From Bacteroidia bacterium (GTDB lineage Bacteria; Bacteroidota; Bacteroidia; M30B66): DNA of 58,878 bases. Both the position numbers and the translations under genes were made by a program. Numbering within the stretch: position 1 is the first letter of the stretch; each line of letters begins with the position of its first letter. Under the pieces are notes generated by a model. The model saw only the letters and a list, made by a program, of their open reading frames with translations, searched no databases and was not told the origin of the DNA. The stretch is taken from the NCBI GenBank assembly GCA_046302715.1, contig JBKCHQ010000174.1, forward strand, positions 1 through 58,878, in the 5' to 3' direction. Positions 1-9,580 of this stretch are shown piece after piece.

Positions 1-1
1 G

Positions 2-2131
2 ATTGTTTACCGTTATCGTGCCCGCTGTGGCGCCCGTATTCCAGGTTATACCCGAGGTAGGAACCACCGATAAATTTACCGAAGTGCCACTGCAAAAACT
101 GTTGATGCCTCCACTGCTCACCACCGGAGCCGGTGGATTGGGATTTACCGTTACCGTTACCGGTAACGACTCCGGACTCTCGCAACCGTTTGCATCAATA
201 ATATGCACGCTATGTGTGCTCGAGCTTGTTACCTGAAAAGATTGGACATTCTGTCCTCCAGACCAAACATAGGTGGTGGCGGGATTGGTAGAAAGCGTTA
301 CGCTCCCTCCCTCGCAGTAGGTTAAGGGCCCATTTGCATTCACCAGCGGTTGAGCGGGCAAAGGGAAAACCGTTACCGTTATGGGTGCCGAAGGCTCAGA
401 CACGCAGCCATTGCCATCAGTAACCGTTAAGAAATAATCTGTAGTAGCGCTTGGCGAAGCGAGCGGATTTTGCGCATTAGCATTATTTAATCCCGTAGCA
501 GGTGACCATTGATAAAGCACGCCACCAGAACCGTTGAGTGTAGTAGCAGCACCCGAACAATACGATGCATCACTTCCGGGATTAGCAGTGGGAAGAGGCA
601 GAACGACCACCTCAACATCATCACTAGCCGTGCAGCCTTCAATGGTAGTTACGGTAAGCGTATATATGCCTCCACTAAGTGCGCTTATAACCGGATTGGC
701 AATAAATGCGCTGGAAAGCCCAGTGTTTGGCGACCAAGAAAAAGAGGAACCAACATTGCCCGATCCTTGCAGCTGATCATCGGTTTGATAGCAATAAGAA
801 ACATCCAGACCTGCGTTGGCATATGGCTCGGGATATACGGTTACGGTAAATGAAGCAGTGGCGGGGCAAGTACCAACGGCACCGCCCGAAGTAACTGTGT
901 ATGTTGTGGTTTGCGTTGGACTTACATCAATACTTGGACCTGTTGCGCCGGTAAAATCATTTACAGCAAGCCAAGTATAGGGCAAATTGGAACCCGAAGC
1001 CGTGATCGTAGCCTGTCCGCCCGGGCAAATTCCGCTCACCGATCCATTGATGTTAAGTGAAGGAGCTGCATCAACCCCTACTGTAACTGAACCGCTGGCT
1101 TCGCAACCATCAGCCGTTACCGCCTCGAGTGTGTAGGTGGTTTGTGTTGTAGGATTTGAGGTAGTAACAGTGGCAGCAGGATCGTTTACGGCAGTAGCGG
1201 GTGTCCACGAATACGTTGCATAGCCTGCAGGAGCCGAGAGTGTAACCGTTTCGCCGGTGCACACAGAATTTTCTGAAGCAGTTACCGTAAGTGTTGGCGC
1301 AGGATTTACTACCACAGTAACCGGAATACGTGGATAGGTGCAGCCATTTACCGTAATCGAAACCCAATACGTAGTGTTAGCATTTAACACAGGAGTAGTG
1401 TAGTTCATGCCTACAAATAAAAGGGTATTGGATGTTTGTGTTGGATACCAACGCACCATTCCGCTACTAAGACCTACAACTTGTAAAAAAGCTGTTTGGC
1501 CCGCACAAATAGTATCGGGTAAAACACTTAATGCGGGATTGTTTGGATTATCAACCACCATAACATTGTAATCCTCTGTTTCGCCATAGTTTTCTTGGCC
1601 ACAGGGACTTGCAGGAACGGTGTTGTATGCACAACGTACTCTCATTCGCGTCATTCCGAGAGGAGCAAGTGCCGGAACCGTAATATTTTGACTAAAGACC
1701 TGAAACCCAGAAGTGCCCGAATTAAGCACACCATCACAAGAGGCGCTTCCGCCCGTACCATTGTCAAACACTCCGTTTTGGTCCCAGTCAATCCAAATTC
1801 TGAAACCTTGTGCAAAGGCGCCACCTGGAGTGCCTTGTGAGCATTGAACAAATGCAGTAAAGGTTGAGCCCCTTTCTACAACAAGAGCAGGAATTGATGA
1901 ATAATACGTGTAATTGTTAGGAAGGCTTGATGAACAACTGGTGTTTAAATTAGAAATATTCGTTTGGGCGCCTGTTGTGTAGAAGTTAGTAATGTTATCG
2001 TCGGTAATGGGCGGATTAAAGCATGGATTTATATACGTAGGCAAACAGTACTGCCCTTGAAGCAAATCAATATTTGAAAAGATTGCCGCAAGAACTAGTA
2101 AAACAAATTTTGCCTTGTAGATATTTATCAC
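2..2131 (-). CDS. Large secreted surface protein, GEVED domain plus tandem Ig-like (CHU-type) repeats; probable T9SS cargo; partial, C-terminus runs off window
   Basis: Manually read minus-strand frame from GTG at 2131 to the edge: signal-like MINIYKAKFVLLVLAAIF..GQYC; GEVED motifs RIWIDWDQNGVF, TRMRVRC, GETEDY; repeated C..G...L...W.....Y.LTVT...GC...VTV modules. Absent from the ORF track because no stop falls in the window. Confidence 0.88.
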   Translation of the reverse strand, partial: MINIYKAKFVLLVLAAIFSNIDLLQGQYCLPTYINPCFNPPITDDNITNFYTTGAQTNISNLNTSCSSSLPNNYTYYSSIPALVVERGSTFTAFVQCSQGTPGGAFAQGFRIWIDWDQNGVFDNGTGGSASCDGVLNSGTSGFQVFSQNITVPALAPLGMTRMRVRCAYNTVPASPCGQENYGETEDYNVMVVDNPNNPALSVLPDTICAGQTAFLQVVGLSSGMVRWYPTQTSNTLLFVGMNYTTPVLNANTTYWVSITVNGCTYPRIPVTVVVNPAPTLTVTASENSVCTGETVTLSAPAGYATYSWTPATAVNDPAATVTTSNPTTQTTYTLEAVTADGCEASGSVTVGVDAAPSLNINGSVSGICPGGQATITASGSNLPYTWLAVNDFTGATGPSIDVSPTQTTTYTVTSGGAVGTCPATASFTVTVYPEPYANAGLDVSYCYQTDDQLQGSGNVGSSFSWSPNTGLSSAFIANPVISALSGGIYTLTVTTIEGCTASDDVEVVVLPLPTANPGSDASYCSGAATTLNGSGGVLYQWSPATGLNNANAQNPLASPSATTDYFLTVTDGNGCVSEPSAPITVTVFPLPAQPLVNANGPLTYCEGGSVTLSTNPATTYVWSGGQNVQSFQVTSSSTHSVHIIDANGCESPESLPVTVTVNPNPPAPVVSSGGINSFCSGTSVNLSVVPTSGITWNTGATAGTITVNN

Positions 2132-2135
2132 AAAT

Positions 2136-2143
2136 CAAATGTA
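2136..2143 (-). promoter_or_regulatory. Bacteroidota -7 promoter element (TACATTTG) for the GEVED gene
   Basis: Matches TAnnTTTG, 4 nt upstream of the GTG. Confidence 0.5.
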
Positions 2144-2199
2144 AAAATAAATTTCATTTAACAAAACTTTTATTAACAATGTTATAGAAAATTAAACCT

Positions 2200-2421
2200 T
2201 TATCCTAGATTATCATTTGTAGAAATAATTTGATTCAGATCGTCCTCGGCCTTTCTTAGTTTTTCTCTGCAATAGAGCACAAGTTCTGATGCCTTATTTA
2301 CCATTTTTAGGAGCTCATCAACGCCATGGTTGCCTTGTTCAATAAGTTGAACAATGTGTTGTAGCTCAATAAAAGCATCTTCGTAGCTTAATTCCTGCTC
2401 TTTTTCGACTTTTTTTGCCAT
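2200..2421 (-). CDS. xseB: Exodeoxyribonuclease VII small subunit
   Basis: 73 aa, SYEDAFIELQHIVQLIEQG...CREKLRKAE pattern, directly after xseA. Confidence 0.93.
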   Translation of the reverse strand: MAKKVEKEQELSYEDAFIELQHIVQLIEQGNHGVDELLKMVNKASELVLYCREKLRKAEDDLNQIISTNDNLG

Positions 2422-2422
2422 A

Positions 2423-3826
2423 TTATCTTTCAGTTTTATTCAGAAGTTTAACGCGCGCCTTTCCATCAGCAAAGATTAGTTCAAATTCCTCTTCCTCCAA
2501 ATCGGCCAAACGCTTAACCCATAATGTGTTTTGTACCACTTGGACGTATCCTTTTAAAAAAATTTCGGAGGGGTTCGATTGATTTAGTTTTAAAAAGAGT
2601 TGTTCGAGCTGATTACGGCACTCTGTCAATCTAAAACCAGAGTTGGTTTTAAGATTGTTTTGAATTTCTGTAATCCGAAGTTTTTCATTAGCCATTCTAT
2701 TAATACCAGCTTTTATGATATTGCGCCGCTGATGTATAAGTAATACTTCCTGCTCTCTAATTTGAATGCGTGCGGCATGCTTTATTCCTGCCAAAACACT
2801 TTGAAGCGCTGTTTCACGCTTTGCAATAAACCCATGGCTGCTATAACTTAATTGCTGCGTGCAGGATTGAAGTTGGAAACCGGCGTTCGCTATGGTTAAG
2901 CGAGTGGTTTGTTTTATTTTTTCGAATGACTGGCAGATGGCCTCCTCAAAAGATCGGTTATAATGGATAATAAACTCTGCCACCATAGTGGGAGTTTTCA
3001 AAGCCGTATGTGCCGCCAAATCGCACAAAGTAGTATCGCGTAAATGACCCAAACCGGTAATTATGGGAATAGGGAATCTTGCTACAGCACGCAAAACAGC
3101 ATAGGTGTCGAATAACAGGAGATCGGTAGCGCTGCCCCCACCCCGCATGATCAACACAACATCATAACGTTTATCCGAATTGTAAATATTCAGCAACTGA
3201 TTTACCAAGGCATCTGCATTATGTTCGCCCTGTACCCTTGCACTGTACAAATCAAATCCGAAATTATAGCCAAACGAATTTTGTTTTAATCCATGCATAA
3301 AATCCTCAAACCCTGCTGCCTGAGAAGTAGAAATTATGGCTATCCTCTTAATAACGGCGGCCATACGTAAACCCTTATTCCGGGTATAAAGCACCCCATC
3401 CCGTAAGATGGCAGCATCGGGATTCTCCTTCACGAGCCGCTCAATATTAAGTTGTCGCTGCCGTTCGATAACACCAACGCTGTATTGGGCATCTATGCTT
3501 TGTAAGATGAGCTTTAAGCCATATGCCGGCTTATAATCAACCATAACACCCACCAGAACTTCCATGCCATCAGCCAATGGCCGTCCGGTTTGCGTTTCGA
3601 AATCCAAAAGGGCTTGATATCCCTTGCCAAAACCGGCCACACTCATCTCAGCTTTGATGCCTTCTCCTTGTGGCTTTTCCACCAAATTAAAATATACCTG
3701 TTTGCGGTCGTGATAAATTTTTAAGCTCGATGTTTCTGCCAACACCAGAAACAGTTTACGCCCAAACTGATTTTCAATGCTGTTTTGCAGCATTTGAGTA
3801 AGTTCCGAGAGTTTTATGGCGCTCAT
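2423..3826 (-). CDS. xseA: Exodeoxyribonuclease VII large subunit
   Basis: N-terminal OB-fold region, RGGGS, ITGLGH..D, KTPT motifs, C-terminal helical region. Confidence 0.93.
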   Translation of the reverse strand: MSAIKLSELTQMLQNSIENQFGRKLFLVLAETSSLKIYHDRKQVYFNLVEKPQGEGIKAEMSVAGFGKGYQALLDFETQTGRPLADGMEVLVGVMVDYKPAYGLKLILQSIDAQYSVGVIERQRQLNIERLVKENPDAAILRDGVLYTRNKGLRMAAVIKRIAIISTSQAAGFEDFMHGLKQNSFGYNFGFDLYSARVQGEHNADALVNQLLNIYNSDKRYDVVLIMRGGGSATDLLLFDTYAVLRAVARFPIPIITGLGHLRDTTLCDLAAHTALKTPTMVAEFIIHYNRSFEEAICQSFEKIKQTTRLTIANAGFQLQSCTQQLSYSSHGFIAKRETALQSVLAGIKHAARIQIREQEVLLIHQRRNIIKAGINRMANEKLRITEIQNNLKTNSGFRLTECRNQLEQLFLKLNQSNPSEIFLKGYVQVVQNTLWVKRLADLEEEEFELIFADGKARVKLLNKTER

Positions 3827-3906
3827 GTTTAGCTGATAAGTTTGACGATATAAATGTAATTTTTTGATAAAAGCGAATGTAAACCTCCTTGTAGTACTTT
3901 TAAGCC

Positions 3907-6900
3907 ATGAATGTAATTAGAAAATTTATTTTGGGTTTAATCGCTTTCGTTGAATTTTTAGGATTTTATAATCCTGCCTATTCGCAACGGAAAGATCCTT
4001 CGGGTATTGCCGCCGATAAACGGCATACGCTTTTTGTAATTACCAAAGCAACGATCCACCTCAGTGCCTCCGAAACGCTTACAAATGCTTGTATGTGGGT
4101 GCGTGACGGGAAAATCGAAAAAATCAGCAACACCATCGATATTCCTCAGGGCAGTGTATTGCTCGAAATGCCGGGTAAGCATATTTATCCCGGGTTTATT
4201 GAGCTTTCTTCGTCATACGGACTTCCCGAAATTGAAAAAAGGACGATGAAACCTCAGGTAGAGCGACCTGATGCCGGTGCGCATCACTGGAATATGGCCG
4301 TTCATCCGGAATATCGTGCTAATGAGCATTTCAGAGTTGTTGCTTCAGAGACCGAACGGTTGCGTAAAATGGGTTTTTCTGCATGTGCCACACTTCAAAA
4401 AGACGGCATCTTTAGAGGCACAGGTGCTGCCGTATCTTTGGCTCCTGTGCCCGAAAGTCAGTCCATGCTTAAGCAAGACTGTTTTCAGGCACTATCATTT
4501 TCTAAGGGCAGTTCGATTCAAGAGTATCCATCTTCACTTGCAGGTACCATTGCCTTAATGCGGCAAACATTTTACGACCTCAGAGCTTATGAAAACGGGG
4601 CCTCACAAAAGGGAGTCAACAACTCTTTCGAATCCTTGCTTCGCACTAAAAATTTACCCTATTTTTTCGAAATAACCAATGCACAGGATGCTTTAAGAGC
4701 GATGGAGCTATCCAAAGAATTTAACCTAAAAGTACTGATGGATGGTTCGGGCGAAGAATACCAGGTGGCACAATTTCTCGATCCATCCAAAATAACGCTT
4801 ACGGTTCCGCTTAACTTTCCCGAGGCCTTTGTGATACCGAGTGCTGCAGCTGCAGAAGAAATTCCACTTTCTGCATTAATGCACTGGGAAAATGCCGCCG
4901 CAAATGCTGCATTTTTAGCAAAAAAAGGATTTTCGATAGCCCTCACCGCCAAAGGCATTGCAGATGAAAGCACCTTTTTAACCGCTCTTAGACGAACAGC
5001 CGCCGCGGGCTTACCTGCCCCAAATATACTTGATGCACTTACCCGAATGCCGGCCAAAATGCTGGGCATTGATACGCGTTGTGGTGTGCTCAAACCCGGA
5101 TACGACGCTTCGTTTATCGTTTGTTCCGACACATTGCTGCATCCCGACAATAAAATCCTTGAAAATTGGGCGCTAGGAAACCGTTATGTTAGCGAGAAAA
5201 CGCTCATTCCAGAACTTAGCGGTAGGTACATTGGCACCAGCGGTAAAGATTCTATCTCATTAAAACTAAAAGCGAAAAACACTAATATTGAGGCTGAATT
5301 GCGCTGGAACGGGGAAAAAACAGCGGTTACGTGCTCGCATCAATCGCAACACATAACTCTTAAATTTCAAGACGCAAAAGGACAGCCTATTGTACTCGAA
5401 GGAGCCATTAAAACTTTTGCAGACGACACGCTTATCGAAGGAACCGCATTTGCTCCGGGTGTTTCTGCGGGTGTTTGGAGTGTACGCCGCAGTGAACCGA
5501 TACCTAAAGATAGCTCTTCTACTGAAACATTTACCGATTTACATGCCGATTCTCTACTTATTTTATACCCTTTTAGTGGCTTTGGACGAAAAAAAATCCC
5601 TCAGGCCGAAGAGGTGCTCATAAAAAATGCTACCGTTTGGACCTGCGAAAAAGAAGGCGTTTTAAATGAAACATGCGTTTGGATTCAAAACGGAAAAATT
5701 GCTGGAATCGGCTCCGAAAATGATTTATCTAAGCGCGTGAGTGCATCATGCAGAATAATTGATGCGCGTGGCAAGCATTTAAGCCCGGGCATTATTGACG
5801 AGCACTCGCACATTGCGTTAACTCGCGGAGTTAACGAGGGGACCCAAAATAACACGGCCGAGGTGCGCATGTCGGATGCATTGGATGCCACCGATATTGA
5901 TATTTACCGACAACTTGCCGGGGGCGTAACGGCTGCACAGTTGTTGCACGGCTCATCCAATCCTATTGGCGGGCAGTCTGCTCTTATAAAATTTCGGTGG
6001 GGCAAGCCTTTCCCTGATATACGCATTAAAGACGCGCCTGGACATATAAAATTTGCATTGGGCGAAAATGTGAAGCAATCGAATTGGGGCGAAATAAGGA
6101 ATCCACGCTTCCCGCAATCGCGCATGGGCGTTGAACAGGTGTTTTACGATGCTTTTTTACGCGCCAAAGAATACAAAGCCCAAAAAGAAGATGCCGCTAA
6201 AAATAACAAGGGCAAGAATGTTGGTCTTGCTGTGGATCTCGAACTTGAAGCCCTTCAGGAGATTTTAGATGGCAAACGTTACATCACTTGCCACAGCTAC
6301 GTACAATCAGAAATTAATATGCTCATGCACGTGGCCGACAGTATGGGCTTTAAGGTCAATACTTTTACGCACATTCTCGAGGGGTATAAAGTTGCCGACA
6401 AGCTCAAAAACCATGGTGCAAATGCCTCATCATTTTCTGATTGGTGGGCCTATAAATGGGAGGTTAATGATGCCATACCCTACAATGGAGCCATTTTGCA
6501 ACGCATGGGCGTAAATACCGGTTTTAACTCCGACGATGCCGAGATGGGCAGAAGGTTGAATCAGGAGGCGGCTAAAGCCGTGCTTTACGGAGGGATATCC
6601 GAACCCGAAGCACTTAAATTTGTGACGCTCAATCCTGCAAAGATGTTGCATATTGATGGTTTTACCGGAAGCATTAAAACGGGAAAGGATGCCGATTTGG
6701 TGATTTGGTCGAATCACCCCCTTTCGGTATATGCCAGGGCCGAATATACCTTTGTGGATGGGGTCTGTTATTTTGATAAAGAGGAAGATGCCGAACTTCA
6801 AGCACAAAATAAAGCCATAAGAGATCGGATTACGGCAAAGATGCTGCGTGAAAATAAAAACGGAAAGGCATCAAAATCCAATAAAACAGGAAAGAAACAT

Positions 6901-6954
6901 TACTACACCTGCGATGATTTATTTAACGGAACGGAGGATCATGACCATGAATAA
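3907..6954 (+). CDS. Secreted two-domain amidohydrolase family protein
   Basis: Signal peptide; two amidohydrolase units. The C-terminal one has PGIIDEHSH, CHSY, FTHI, NSDD and GSIKTGKDADLVIW; the N-terminal one has PGFIELSSS without HxH. Confidence 0.88.
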   Translation: MNVIRKFILGLIAFVEFLGFYNPAYSQRKDPSGIAADKRHTLFVITKATIHLSASETLTNACMWVRDGKIEKISNTIDIPQGSVLLEMPGKHIYPGFIELSSSYGLPEIEKRTMKPQVERPDAGAHHWNMAVHPEYRANEHFRVVASETERLRKMGFSACATLQKDGIFRGTGAAVSLAPVPESQSMLKQDCFQALSFSKGSSIQEYPSSLAGTIALMRQTFYDLRAYENGASQKGVNNSFESLLRTKNLPYFFEITNAQDALRAMELSKEFNLKVLMDGSGEEYQVAQFLDPSKITLTVPLNFPEAFVIPSAAAAEEIPLSALMHWENAAANAAFLAKKGFSIALTAKGIADESTFLTALRRTAAAGLPAPNILDALTRMPAKMLGIDTRCGVLKPGYDASFIVCSDTLLHPDNKILENWALGNRYVSEKTLIPELSGRYIGTSGKDSISLKLKAKNTNIEAELRWNGEKTAVTCSHQSQHITLKFQDAKGQPIVLEGAIKTFADDTLIEGTAFAPGVSAGVWSVRRSEPIPKDSSSTETFTDLHADSLLILYPFSGFGRKKIPQAEEVLIKNATVWTCEKEGVLNETCVWIQNGKIAGIGSENDLSKRVSASCRIIDARGKHLSPGIIDEHSHIALTRGVNEGTQNNTAEVRMSDALDATDIDIYRQLAGGVTAAQLLHGSSNPIGGQSALIKFRWGKPFPDIRIKDAPGHIKFALGENVKQSNWGEIRNPRFPQSRMGVEQVFYDAFLRAKEYKAQKEDAAKNNKGKNVGLAVDLELEALQEILDGKRYITCHSYVQSEINMLMHVADSMGFKVNTFTHILEGYKVADKLKNHGANASSFSDWWAYKWEVNDAIPYNGAILQRMGVNTGFNSDDAEMGRRLNQEAAKAVLYGGISEPEALKFVTLNPAKMLHIDGFTGSIKTGKDADLVIWSNHPLSVYARAEYTFVDGVCYFDKEEDAELQAQNKAIRDRITAKMLRENKNGKASKSNKTGKKHYYTCDDLFNGTEDHDHE

Positions 6955-8221
6955 AATTTTTTGCGTGCTTATTAGCATGCTTTGGATTAAAGGAGCAATA
7001 GCACAACAAAAAAGCATTTTATACACTGGCCTTACCCTGCACGTAGGCAACGGTAAAAAAATAGAGGGAGCCTGCGTAGGGGTTAAAGAAGGTCGATTTG
7101 ACCGGGTACAGCAGGGGAACTCTGGAACCCTAAGTGCGTCATATGACAGTGTGATTGACCTCAGCGGTAAACACATGTACCCCGGCTTTATTGCGTTAAA
7201 TTCGAGTATTGGCCTGCGTGAGATAGATGCTGTTAAGGCTACTTGGGATGCTTCCGAAATTGGCGAATTAAATCCGCACATACGCAGTCTGCCTGCTTAT
7301 AATGCCGATTCTAAAATTATCCCTACCGTGCGATCAAATGGCGTGCTTAGCGTTCAGGCAGTGCCTTCGGGCGGAGTTTTCTCGGGATTGTCTTCTGTGT
7401 TTCATCTCGAGGGTTGGAATTGGGAAGATGCCCTATTTGCCGCCGACGAGGGGCTGCATCTTAACTGGCCAGAATATCCCACATCAATAACTACAAAAGA
7501 TACTGCACGCACTATTAAAACAAGACGCAAGCAAGAAGAAATAATACAAGTGCTGGCCGAAGCAAAAGCTTATGGAGCCGATGCCGCCAAAAAGGAGAGA
7601 AACATCCGCCTCGAAACGCTATATCGTTTGTTTTCGGGTGCATCAACGCTTTACATACATTGTAACACCGAGCGTAGCATAGGCGATGCCTTGCTCATGC
7701 TCGGAGAGCTTGGCATTAAACGCATGGTGCTTGTTGGCGCACATGAAGCTTATCGAAAAACATCCTTGATACGCTCGTTTAATGTTCCGGTGGTACTTTC
7801 AAGATTACATCGTTTACCCGATTACACCGAACAGTCCACTGATTGGCCGTTTCGATTACCCTCCTTACTAAAAGATTCGGGAATTACCGTGGCACTAAGT
7901 TATACCGGCGATATGGAAGCCATGGGAACTCGTAATCTGGCATTTACTGCTGGCACTGCAGCTGCCTACGGTTGTTCGCCAGAAGAAGCCTTGCAAATGA
8001 TTACGTTGAATCCGGCAATAATTCTGGGCATTGACAAACAAACCGGAAGCATTGAAACGGGGAAAAATGCTGACTTTTTTATTTCGGAAGGCGATGCACT
8101 TGATATGAGAACCTGTAAGATTATTCGGGCGTGTATTAGTGGTAAAGTGCTTGATTTAAGCAACCATCAAAAAGAACTTTATCTCAAATACAGCAAAAAG
8201 TATGGGCTTTCGAATCCATAA
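6947..8221 (+). CDS. Secreted amidohydrolase family protein, probably lacking metal ligands
   Basis: Start moved to MNKIF (signal peptide), overlapping the upstream stop; PGFIALNSS, GSIETGKNADFFI. Confidence 0.85.
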   Translation: MNKIFCVLISMLWIKGAIAQQKSILYTGLTLHVGNGKKIEGACVGVKEGRFDRVQQGNSGTLSASYDSVIDLSGKHMYPGFIALNSSIGLREIDAVKATWDASEIGELNPHIRSLPAYNADSKIIPTVRSNGVLSVQAVPSGGVFSGLSSVFHLEGWNWEDALFAADEGLHLNWPEYPTSITTKDTARTIKTRRKQEEIIQVLAEAKAYGADAAKKERNIRLETLYRLFSGASTLYIHCNTERSIGDALLMLGELGIKRMVLVGAHEAYRKTSLIRSFNVPVVLSRLHRLPDYTEQSTDWPFRLPSLLKDSGITVALSYTGDMEAMGTRNLAFTAGTAAAYGCSPEEALQMITLNPAIILGIDKQTGSIETGKNADFFISEGDALDMRTCKIIRACISGKVLDLSNHQKELYLKYSKKYGLSNP

Positions 8222-8260
8222 GAACAGGCAGATATCATTTAATTGCAGTCCTATTTTTAA

Positions 8261-8268
8261 TACTTTTG
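8261..8268 (+). promoter_or_regulatory. -7 promoter element TACTTTTG
   Basis: TAnnTTTG 22 nt upstream of ATG 8291. Confidence 0.55.
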
Positions 8269-8290
8269 ATGTTATAAATACGTAAATCCT

Positions 8291-9196
8291 ATGGAAAATT
8301 CAGAGCAAAATAACCGTAAACGCCGGGTTTTACCTTTGATACTGGGCGTTTTATTGATGGTTTCACTGGGGCTTAACGTGTACTTATTTACACGATCGCA
8401 TGAGGCAGAGAGCCTCGTTGATGAGCGTGAAATGGAAGTAGATTCGCTAGTAGATATTAAAAAATCGGTTGAGAACGATTATCAATCTATCACCTTCGAA
8501 CTCGATCAGTTTAAAGGCAAAAATCTTCAGCTCGATAGCCTTCTCGAAAAAGCTAACAGCGATATCGAAAAACAGAAAAGAAAGATTGATAAATTGCTGA
8601 AAGAAAATAAAGATTTACCGCTCATTCGCAGGCAAATGGAGGAGTTAAAAGCCATTCGCGATCAATATCGGATTCAGATTGAGCAACTCATTAAAGAAAA
8701 TAAAGAATTAAAATTCGAAAACGTTAACTTAACTCAAGAGGTTGATAACCTCAGCAAAACCACCAAGCAACTAAATGAAAAAGTGGAACTTGCCTCTGTT
8801 TTGCGCGGTGAAAGTTTAACGGTAAAAGCATATCGCGACAAAAGCAAAGGCAAATACGAAGAAACTGAAAAGGCAAAACGTGTTACACGAATCAGTGCCG
8901 AATTTGTGATTGCCGAAAATAAGGTTGCAAAATCAGGCTCCCGTGAATTGGTATTCAGAGTGCTTAAGCCCGATGGTTTGGTGATGAGCGACCCCAATGC
9001 TGCAACGGGCAGTTTTACGCGCGATGATGGCAGAAAGGTAGAATATACCCAACGTAAAAATGTGGAATATTCGAACCAACGTACCGAGGTAAAATTTGAA
9101 TGTAAGGCCGGTGAGGAATTATCGCCGGGATTGTATTTGGTAGAGGTGTATCTCGATGGTAAGCTGATGGGCAATTACAAGCTCACCTTAAAGTAA
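8291..9196 (+). CDS. Membrane-anchored coiled-coil protein with C-terminal beta-sandwich; hypothetical
   Basis: N-terminal TM helix, about 130 aa E/K/L heptad region, C-terminal PGLYLVEVYLDG strand motif. Confidence 0.8.
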   Translation: MENSEQNNRKRRVLPLILGVLLMVSLGLNVYLFTRSHEAESLVDEREMEVDSLVDIKKSVENDYQSITFELDQFKGKNLQLDSLLEKANSDIEKQKRKIDKLLKENKDLPLIRRQMEELKAIRDQYRIQIEQLIKENKELKFENVNLTQEVDNLSKTTKQLNEKVELASVLRGESLTVKAYRDKSKGKYEETEKAKRVTRISAEFVIAENKVAKSGSRELVFRVLKPDGLVMSDPNAATGSFTRDDGRKVEYTQRKNVEYSNQRTEVKFECKAGEELSPGLYLVEVYLDGKLMGNYKLTLK

Positions 9197-9201
9197 TCCA
9201 A

Positions 9202-9579
9202 GTGAAAAATTGGGAGCTTCCCGGTTTGTTTGATTCGCCCGAACGCTTGAACACGGTATATTTTTGCGATAAAACACTTTACCGTGAATTAATTCTTCAA
9301 TTAAAAAAAGACCTACAAAGCTGTGGCATACCTTTAAAAATATTGTTGAGTCGCCACTATTCGTTTGATGAATTAGCCCTGCTTTTGCACGATTGCTTTA
9401 TGGAAATTGGTGCTACAGCCATGTTTAATCTGGTGTATCGGGTAGACATTTCAGAAACACAGTTGGCCAAGGGAATGAACAGCCCGGGAATTGACCCCAT
9501 GAAGGTGGCTGAAATGATTTTAAAGCGCGAGTTACAAAAGGTGGTGTTGCGAAAAATGTACGCGGGAGGCAATAAATAA
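9202..9579 (+). CDS. Small hypothetical protein of a type seen in Bacteroidota
   Basis: 125 aa, GTG start 5 nt after the upstream stop; QLKKDL, LVYRVDISE, ILKRELQKV motifs. Confidence 0.75.
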   Translation: MKNWELPGLFDSPERLNTVYFCDKTLYRELILQLKKDLQSCGIPLKILLSRHYSFDELALLLHDCFMEIGATAMFNLVYRVDISETQLAKGMNSPGIDPMKVAEMILKRELQKVVLRKMYAGGNK

Positions 9580-9580
9580 A

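Noticed and set aside
3-1851. Short track ORFs at the left edge
   Set aside because: Antisense or off-frame shadows of the long GEVED gene
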